A stretch of DNA of 42,374 nucleotides. Origin: Octopus bimaculoides. Lineage: Eukaryota. Below, piece after piece: positions 34,429 to 42,374 of the stretch (position 1 is the first letter of the stretch; each line of letters begins with the position of its first letter). The stretch spans positions 11,035,593 through 11,077,966 of the forward strand of contig NC_068991.1 in assembly GCF_001194135.2 (NCBI RefSeq). Reading direction: 5' to 3'. A program made the position numbers and the translations under genes. The notes under the pieces were generated by a model. The model had not been told where the DNA came from. It ran no database searches and was given only the letters and a program-made list of their open reading frames with translations.

Positions 34429-35192
34429 AAGGCGGCGAGCTGGCAGAAACGTTAGCACGCCGGGCGAAATGCTTAGCGGTATTTCGTCTGTCTTTACGTT
34501 CTGAGTTCAAATTCCGCCGAGGTCGACTTTACCTTTCATCCTTCCGGGGTCGATAAATTAAGTACCAGTTAAGCACTGGAGTCGATGTAATCGACTTAAT
34601 CTCGTCTGTCCTTGGTTGCCCCTTCTATGTTTGGCCCCTTGTGGGCAATAAAGAAATAAGAAACGTTAGCACACCAAACCAAACGCTTAGCTGCATTTCG
34701 TCCGTCTTTACGTTCTGAGTTCAAATGCCGTCGGGGTCGACTTTGCCTTTCATCTTTTCGGGGCCGATAAATTAAATATCAGTCATACACTGGGGTCGAT
34801 GTAATTGACTGGTCCTCTCCCTCAAAATTTCAGGCCTTGTACCTATAGTAGAAAGGATATATTTTACATCATTAAGGCGGAGAGCTGGCAGAATCGTTAG
34901 GGCACCGGGCAAAATGCTTTGCGATATTTCGTCCGTCTTTACGTTCTGAGTTCAAATTCCGTCGATGTCATCCCTCGAAAATTGTTGGCTTTGTGCCAAA
35001 TATTGAGACAAATATGATTCGTATCATTAAGATGGCTAGCTGGCAGAATCGTTAGCACGCCGCATAAAATGCTTAGCATCATTTCGCCCGTCTTTACGTT
35101 CTGAGTTCAAATTCTGCCTAGGCCGACTTTACCTTTTATCCCTTCGCGGTCAATAAAAGAAGCACCAGTTGAGTACTGGGGTCGAGGTAATC
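34429..35192 (+). mobile_element. Tandem array of four SINE family C copies (34429-34662, 34660-34856, 34874-35013, 35029-35192)
   Basis: Four repeats of gttag....c...tttcg.c.gtctttacgttctgagttcaaat. Copy 3 has an internal deletion, copy 4 is 3'-truncated, and copies 1-3 have three different tails. Confidence 0.95.
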
Positions 35193-35764
35193 TCATATTT
35201 TTGCCTTCCGGTTGAAAAATTGCTAACAAGCCAACCTTATTATTTATAATTTACACCTTTACCATTTATGAAATCAGCGTATGATTTCTACGATGATCTT
35301 ATAAAGTGACAAGGCGAGTTGAGTTCAAACCCAAGGCGCTGGTGAGAGCCACTGACTAGCATTAATGTAAATGCGAAATCACAGGTGGTCTGGCAGACAG
35401 ACAGAAGGATACACACAAACACATATACACATATACACACACACATGCGCAACATATATATACGTATGTGTTCTTGGCTGATTATCTGTGAGTCAACATA
35501 CAACATAATGCTATATCTCCAAGCATTTCTCAGTAAGTGGTTGTATGTAGCATATCCTGCACACCACGGGTAGTAAAGTAAATTTCTCGTCTGAAACAAG
35601 AATCGAACTTAACATGTGATCCCTTCTCACCGGAACCTCCTCACCTTCTATTCTACAGCATTTATACCCAAACATCCCTACGTTCCAGTAAACCTCAATT
35701 TTGACACTAAATATTCCGTTATACTACTTTCATTGACATTTGAAGAATATCATATTACACACGT

Positions 35765-36020
35765 GCCTACATACATACATACATACATACAAGTCATACC
35801 GACGCATTTACCTACCTACCTACCTACCTACTTACCTTCCTACATATATACATACATAAATACATACATGCATACATGCAACCACACATATTCACACTCA
35901 CATACACACACACATATATATATACACATATATCTACAAACATTTATATATATATACACACATATATATATATGCGCATGTACATAAATATATACGCATA
36001 TGCATATATACATAGACATA

Positions 36021-36066
<46 letters not shown>

Positions 36067-36340
36067 AACCAATATACAGTTATATATATATACACGCACA
36101 CACACACACACACTATATATATATATATTTACACACACATGTATTCATGTATATGTAAATATATATATACACTATGTATATGTATACATAAATATATGCA
36201 TGTATTTACATAACTACATATAAATATATATAGATATACATATATGCATACACATACATAAACATACATCACCCCCACCTACCACATATAATATATATAT
36301 ACATCTACACGCATCTATATACCTATATGTACATATACGA
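35765..36340. repeat. (TACA)/(TA)/(CA) compound low-complexity region
   Basis: Direct inspection. Confidence 0.9.
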
Positions 36341-36614
36341 ATGGCCTAAGAAAATGGCGGTTATTAAGCCAGAAATCAAGAGCTTTCTTTACGCCAGCAA
36401 GAAAGTTACTTTCTGAAGCCATCTTCTAAATATAAGCGTAGAAATATTTCAGAAACACTACGCATTAGAAATCCAATATGACCAACGCCCTTTCTTATTG
36501 CCTTCCAGGCCCATATATTCATTTCCGGTCTAGCTTCATCTTCCTGCAGATCGTTAACGCAATATTGTATTCTGGTAGGTAGGTTTTTCCACTTTATATT
36601 CCTGTACTTGTTGC

Positions 36615-37026
36615 GTGTGTATATGTGTGCTCTTGTGTGTATTTCTATGTATGTATGTGTGCATGTATGTATGCATGTATGTATGTATGTATGTATGCAT
36701 GTATATATGTATGTATTTATGTATGTATGTGCGTGTGTGTGTGAGTGTATGTATGTATGAAAGCTTAAATGTATGAATGTATGAATGTATAAATGTATGT
36801 ATGTATGTATGTATGTATGTATGTAGGAATCTATATATGTATGTATATATGTGTGTGTACGTATGTGTATATGTATGTATGTATGTATGTGCGAATGTAC
36901 GTATGTATGTGTGCATGTATGTATGTATGTATGTATGTACGTACGTATGTATATATATATATATGTACGAATGTTTGCATGTATATGAAATTTGTGTATA
37001 TGTATGATGATTTAAGTATAAGTGTG

Positions 37027-37069
<43 letters not shown>

Positions 37070-37105
37070 NNNNNNNNNNNNNNNNNNNNNNNNNNNNNNN
37101 NNNNN

Positions 37106-37158
<53 letters not shown>

Positions 37159-37200
37159 AAGTCTATGTATGTATAGAGATATGTATACATATGTACATAT
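36615..37200. repeat. (TATG)n/(TA)n compound region
   Basis: Direct inspection. Confidence 0.9.
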
Positions 37201-37903
37201 GCGCGTGTGTGTTTGCATGCGTATGGCGCATGGAGCGAAGTATTACCAAATCAACGTTACTGTATCGTTCTTTGGCCATGGGACTGTATTATCCAGTTCG
37301 TGTAGTTGTAAGGAAGAAGGATTAGGTGGGGCTCAGTTCGTTTTTATGAAGCGCAGTTTGGCTAGAAGCTTCACTGTAAATCTGATATATGAAATAACAT
37401 GATACATTATCTCGTCTGTAGAGGAGTATACACACACACACACACANNNNNNNNNNNNNNNNNNNNNNNNNNNNNNNNNNNNNNNNNNNNNNNNNNNNNN
37501 NNNNNNNNNNNNNNNNNNNNNNNNNNNNNNNNNNNNNNNNNNNNNNNNNNNNNNNNNNNNNNNNNNNNNNNNNNNNNNNNNNNNNNNNNNNNNNNNNNNN
37601 NNNNNNNNNNNNNNNNNNNNNNNNNNNNNNNNNNNNNNNNNNNNNNNNNNNNNNNNNNNNNNNNNNNNNNNNNNNNNNNNNNNNNNNNNNNNNNNNNNNN
37701 NNNNNNNNNNNNNNNNNNNNNNNNNNNNNNNNNNNNNNNNNNNNNNNNNNNNNNNNNNNNNNNNNNNNNNNNNNNNNNNNNNNNNNNNNNNNNNNNNNNN
37801 NNNNNNNNNNNNNNNNNNNNNNNNNNNNNNNNNNNNNNNNNNNNNNNNNNNNNNNNNNNNNNNNNNNNNNNNNNNNNNNNNNNNNNNNNNNNNNNNNNNN
37901 NNN

Positions 37904-38440
37904 CTTCATTTGTAGAAAGAGGTGGTAATGAGAGGGGCTGAGGTTAGGAGAGTAAGGTAGATAGTCTACCAATTCGAAGCCAAAGTCACGGATTTTCTGT
38001 AGTTTCATTAGCTGTGTGTGCTGGTGTGTACTGCAAAAACAGGACAACTCCGGCTCAACTTCCCATTCCGTTTCTGCATCAAAGCTTCACCTAGTTCGTC
38101 CAAAAGAGACAAATGATATTCTGTATTCCTGGTGTGACCCTTTGGTAGGTATTTTATGAGGAGTACTTCGCCTTTGTTCCACTACATTGAAGCTAGAATC
38201 TTTCCAGCTGACATCTGGGTCCGAAACTTCTTGGGACATGGTGAACTGATGTGGTGCCACTCCATTGGTTGCTGCTTGGTCTGCGGATCATAATGACGAA
38301 GCCAAGTTTCATCCATGCTGACTAAACGAGCCATAAAATCAGCCTCTCCTGCTGCAAAGCGGTCCAAATTCGCCTTTAATGTCGTCACTCTGATACGCTT
38401 CTGCTCTTGCTTGGAGCAAATCATCGCAGACTTTTCTTTC
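37904..38440 (-). pseudogene. Mariner (DD34D-type) transposase catalytic domain, decayed
   Basis: [68 protein letters not shown]..., then after frameshifts GVVLFLQYTPAHTA and GFELVDYLPYSPNLSPSHYHLF (YSPDLAPSD motif). In-frame TAG at 38182-38184; (CA)n upstream and an N gap downstream. Confidence 0.93.
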
Positions 38441-38467
38441 ACACACACACCCACACACACACATGCA

Positions 38468-38505
<38 letters not shown>

Positions 38506-38650
38506 ACTACGTACGCACACGCACACACACAGGCACACACCCACGCACACGCACGGACACATGCTCAGAGACACACGTATACACACGCACGCATGCACAC
38601 AGACACAGACACACAAACGCAGACGTGCACGTACACGCACGCACACCAGA
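38441..38650. repeat. Degenerate (CA)n array cutting off the transposase 5' end
   Basis: Direct inspection. Confidence 0.9.
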
Positions 38651-38900
38651 GAAATTAGAAAACCAACCCTAGGCTCCTTACGAAGTAATGTGGGCTAACT
38701 GCGTTTTGCGTGTGCTGAGATCCGTGTAAGCTGATTGTGGTTGACAAGGGATCGCACGTAGAGTCACTCTGTTGTAGAAAGCTAATTTCGTCCTCGCTGC
38801 CCCCACTCAGATGAAACATATATACCAAGGAAGCAAACGCTTGTGACCTTTTAGATGACTGCTGACAGAACAGAAGCGTTTCCAACATATATATGCCGAT

Positions 38901-39227
38901 GTTTGATGGCACTCCGTCGGTTACGACGACAAGGGTTCCAGTTGATCCGACCAACGGAACAGCCTGCTCGTGAAATTAACGTGCACGTGGCTGAGCACTC
39001 CACAGACACGTGTACCCTTAACGTAGTTCTCGGGGAGATTCAGCGTGACATAGAGTGTGACAAGGCTGGCCCCTTTGAAATACAGGTACAACAGAAACAA
39101 GAGGAACGAGTAAGAGAAAGTTGTGGCGAAAGAGTACATCAGGGTTCACCAACATCCCCTGCCAGAGCCTCGTGGAGCTTTAGGCGTTTTCACTCAATAA
39201 ACACTCACAACGCCCAGTCTGGGAACC
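38901..39227 (-). mobile_element. SINE family A, head lost in gap, intact 3' end
   Basis: Collinear with 15917-16205; the 3' end reads ...gatcaactggaacccttgtcgtcgtaaccgacggagtgccatcaaac. Confidence 0.92.
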
Positions 39228-39522
39228 NNNNNNNNNNNNNNNNNNNNNNNNNNNNNNNNNNNNNNNNNNNNNNNNNNNNNNNNNNNNNNNNNNNNNNNNN
39301 NNNNNNNNNNNNNNNNNNNNNNNNNNNNNNNNNNNNNNNNNNNNNNNNNNNNNNNNNNNNNNNNNNNNNNNNNNNNNNNNNNNNNNNNNNNNNNNNNNNN
39401 NNNNNNNNNNNNNNNNNNNNNNNNNNNNNNNNNNNNNNNNNNNNNNNNNNNNNNNNNNNNNNNNNNNNNNNNNNNNNNNNNNNNNNNNNNNNNNNNNNNN
39501 NNNNNNNNNNNNNNNNNNNNNN

Positions 39523-39560
<38 letters not shown>

Positions 39561-39779
39561 TACGCTGTCACGCAGACACGCACGTACACACGCACGTACA
39601 CCCGCACACAGACAATACGAAGCAATCTTTGAATTGTTATTTGCAAGTAACGTAAGCTTTTATGTTTCACCCAGCAGGTAACCCGTAGGACTTATTTATG
39701 TGTGTGCGTATATGCTCGTGTGTCTATGTGAGTATGCGTCTGTGTATATTTATACATATGTTATTATATATAACGTGCA

Positions 39780-39830
<51 letters not shown>

Positions 39831-40084
39831 TTGATCGATATAGACATACACTGTCGCGTGGACACACACACATTCCCACACGCTCACACACAAGCGCGCG
39901 CACACACACACACACATACACGCATATTCACACACGCGAATTTATACACGCATAAGCACATATTTCATATTAAAATTTCTTGTACATAAACTCCTCACGC
40001 AGGTGCTACTGGACGAAAGCAAGAATCCGCTTAGCAACAGAACAGAAATGGTAAACTGTACAGCCGCTCAACAAACAGCAGCGA

Positions 40085-40145
40085 TAACAACAACAACAAC
40101 AGCAGCAGCAGAAATAGCAATAATAATAATAATAATAATAACAAC

Positions 40146-40199
<54 letters not shown>

Positions 40200-40200
40200 C
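40085..40200. repeat. (AAC)n(AGC)n(AAT)n
   Basis: Direct inspection. Confidence 0.92.
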
Positions 40201-41108
40201 ATAATTGTTTCTAGTATTATTTTGTTTTCAAGGTTATAACAATGTTCGTTTTTATAGAACGATGACGTCATGGCTTTAATAAACGTTGACACAGGTGAAA
40301 AGACTGGAAATCTATGCGATTCATTAGATATTGTTTAACAGTTCTGTCTGGTTCTAAGTAGACTTAAAAAAAAGCCGCGTCGTCTACTCTACGTNNNNNN
40401 NNNNNNNNNNNNNNNNNNNNNNNNNNNNNNNNNNNNNNNNNNNNNNNNNNNNNNNNNNNNNNNNNNNNNNNNNNNNNNNNNNNNNNNNNNNNNNNNNNNN
40501 NNNNNNNNNNNNNNNNNNNNNNNNNNNNNNNNNNNNNNNNNNNNNNNNNNNNNNNNNNNNNNNNNNNNNNNNNNNNNNNNNNNNNNNNNNNNNNNNNNNN
40601 NNNNNNNNNNNNNNNNNNNNNNNNNNNNNNNNNNNNNNNNNNNNNNNNNNNNNNNNNNNNNNNNNNNNNNNNNNNNNNNNNNNNNNNNNNNNNNNNNNNN
40701 NNNNNNNNNNNNNNNNNNNNNNNNNNNNNNNNNNNNNNNNNNNNNNNNNNNNNNNNNNNNNNNNNNNNNNNNNNNNNNNNNNNNNNNNNNNNNNNNNNNN
40801 NNNNNNNNNNNNNNNNNNNNNNNNNNNNNNNNNNNNNNNNNNNNNNNNNNNNNNNNNNNNNNNNNNNNNNNNNNNNNNNNNNNNNNNNNNNNNNNNNNNN
40901 NNNNNNNNNNNNNNNNNNNNNNNNNNNNNNNNNNNNNNNNNNNNNNNNNNNNNNNNNNNNNNNNNNNNNNNNNNNNNNNNNNNNNNNNNNNNNNNNNNNN
41001 NNNNNNNNNNNNNNNNNNNNNNNNNNNNNNNNNNNNNNNNNNNNNNNNNNNNNNNNNNNNNNNNNNNNNNNNNNNNNNNNNNNNNNNNNNNNNNNNNNNN
41101 NNNNNNNN

Positions 41109-41156
<48 letters not shown>

Positions 41157-41198
41157 GCACACACACACACAAACCTACGTGTTGGTACATGGGTATGT

Positions 41199-41233
<35 letters not shown>

Positions 41234-41349
41234 AATATTATACACACACACTCATATTGTATATTGTAACTATTTGCTGTGTTTATGCGTAGTTATTGCT
41301 TTGAGGAGTATCGTGGTCGGAACTGTATGGGAGAATAACCTTTTTTTAG

Positions 41350-41503
41350 TTCAATGTGTGAGAAAATCAATCTGAAGATCAGCGAAGAAACTAGGTTGGG
41401 AGCATTCTACTCGAATTACAAAAAAGAAAAAAAAAATGAAGACAATAAACCTGCGGAAATGAAGACAACGGAAGAAATAGACACCGTGAGATCTAACGAC
41501 TAA
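41350..41503 (+). CDS. Candidate terminal coding exon of an unidentified gene (speculative)
   Basis: cctttttttAG acceptor, then a stop-free frame SMCEKINLKISEETRLGAFYSNYKKEKKNEDNKPAEMKTTEEIDTVRSND*, an AT-rich downstream region and AATAAA at 41721-41726. No recognised homology. Confidence 0.2.
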
Positions 41504-42044
41504 TATAAACATTTTATTGTGCGAGGTTATAAAATAGCTCATATCTCGCAAAATACATCCAGCGGCTACAGTTAATTCGATTCGCACGCTTCTAGTGCAT
41601 TGCTCTACAATATATTAAATGATTATTTAACTTTAAAACGTTACAGTTTAAAACGTGTGAATTGTATTACTGACGCACACTAACAGTAAGAAAAAATATA
41701 TTTTCAGAATGTACCCTCTTAATAAAAAGTATTGAGACTATAGAGATCGACAACATATAATTACGTAAAAACCCATAGAAGCTCTGACTGGTTGGGGTGG
41801 GGTCTTTGGCGACTAAGCCAAACCAGCTGCACCACCGAACGAGCGAGTTTATGGAAGGTAAATTATTGCGCAACTCGCAGGACGAAAAACAAAATCTGTT
41901 TTGAAGGCCAGAAAAAAAATCGGGACAATCAACGCCCAAGGTATTCCGTGGCAACACCCTAAATTTGAACTTATGCAGCTGGCCGCTGAAATTGCTTTTG
42001 TATTTGTCCCATCTTTGTTGAGTCCTGTGCGGCTAATAAAAGAA

Positions 42045-42374
42045 ATGCTCAATGCAGACATGAACATTTTGGCCAAGGTGTTAGCCAAGCGGTTGGCGCT
42101 TGTCATCGAGAAACTGGTCGGCACGGAGCAGACGTGCGCCGTGCCGGGTCGGAGCATCCATGACAACCTCCATCTGATGCGCTACATCATAGAGAGGGTA
42201 GTTAAGGAACCTGGCATGGGTGGGGCCCTGATCAATTTGGATCAATCCAAAGCTTTCGATAGGGTAGACCATCGATACTTGGAGGCCGTCCTCGAAGCGG
42301 CCGGCTTCGGTCCCGTTTTCCGCGGCTGGATGGCTGCCTTGTACACAGGCATCCGTTCGGTTGTTCGCGTCAAT
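42045..42374 (+). CDS. L1/Tx1-type non-LTR retrotransposon reverse transcriptase, partial (5'-truncated, runs off the window)
   Basis: 110 stop-free codons: MLNADMNILAKVLAKRLALVIEKLVGTEQTCAVPGRSIHDNLHLMRYII...GGALINLDQSKAFDRVDHRYLEAVLEAAGFGPVFRGWMAALYTGIRSVVRVN. The Q...VPGRSI.DN and LDQ.KAFDRV.H motifs are typical of Tx1-like RT. GC content rises near 42050. Absent from the ORF track because no stop is reached. Confidence 0.93.
   Translation, partial: MLNADMNILAKVLAKRLALVIEKLVGTEQTCAVPGRSIHDNLHLMRYIIERVVKEPGMGGALINLDQSKAFDRVDHRYLEAVLEAAGFGPVFRGWMAALYTGIRSVVRVN

Larger units (their letters stand above)
1251..41108. other. 21 assembly gaps (N runs), about 8.8 kb in total
   Basis: 1251-1747, 2608-2672, 4189-4811, 5439-5448, 5784-6059, 7327-7676, 9555-10392, 13168-13725, 13979-14748, 15742-15916, 16600-16609, 19098-20000, 20554-21511, 24541-24990, 26157-26266, 30502-30692, 32696-33190, 37070-37105, 37447-37903, 39228-39522, 40395-41108. 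Confidence 0.98.

Noticed and set aside
34429-35192. CRISPR-like or satellite array
   Set aside because: The units are about 200-bp SINE copies also dispersed elsewhere in the window. There are no short repeats with unique equal-length spacers, and the context is eukaryotic.
38655-38900. Possible 5' continuation of the mariner transposase beyond the (CA)n
   Set aside because: No WVP-like or HTH motif in the ORF-track translation, and no TIR seen by eye.
40262-40271. Perfect CRE palindrome ATGACGTCAT
   Set aside because: A single short motif with no supporting promoter context. Another TGACGTCA arises by chance in the triplet repeat at 15089-15096.
43-41251. The long ORFs in the supplied track (poly-H/T, poly-D, poly-M, poly-S, poly-I, X-runs)
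   Set aside because: They are translations of microsatellites and N gaps, which lack stops. None has complex protein-like sequence.

Overview
Eukaryotic, AT-rich, repeat-dominated DNA from a gapped short-read assembly: 21 N-gaps totalling about 8.8 kb (about 21%), most flanked by microsatellites. The SINE repertoire suggests an octopod cephalopod, probably Octopus; this is recognition from memory, not a database result. No complete host gene, true tRNA/rRNA gene or CRISPR array is supportable, and almost all ORFs in the supplied track are artefacts of simple repeats or N runs. Supported content: (i) over 25 copies or fragments of at least four tRNA-derived SINE families, labelled A-D here, including a four-copy head-to-tail array at 34.4-35.2 kb; (ii) two L1/Tx1-type LINE ORF2 fragments (a decayed C-terminal zinc-binding region at 2.3-2.6 kb and a stop-free RT segment at 42.0 kb running off the window); (iii) a decayed mariner transposase (37.9-38.4 kb), a Tc1 transposase N-terminus (33.7-33.8 kb) and probable MITE/TIR remnants; (iv) dense di-, tri- and tetranucleotide arrays. 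I found no convincing novel biological system. The best leads are modular domain and tail swapping among the SINEs, repeated tandem SINE clustering, inverted (CAT)n/(GAT)n arrays able to form long hairpins, a divergent pair of tRNA-like heads at 11.3-11.6 kb, and a few low-confidence cryptic exons.
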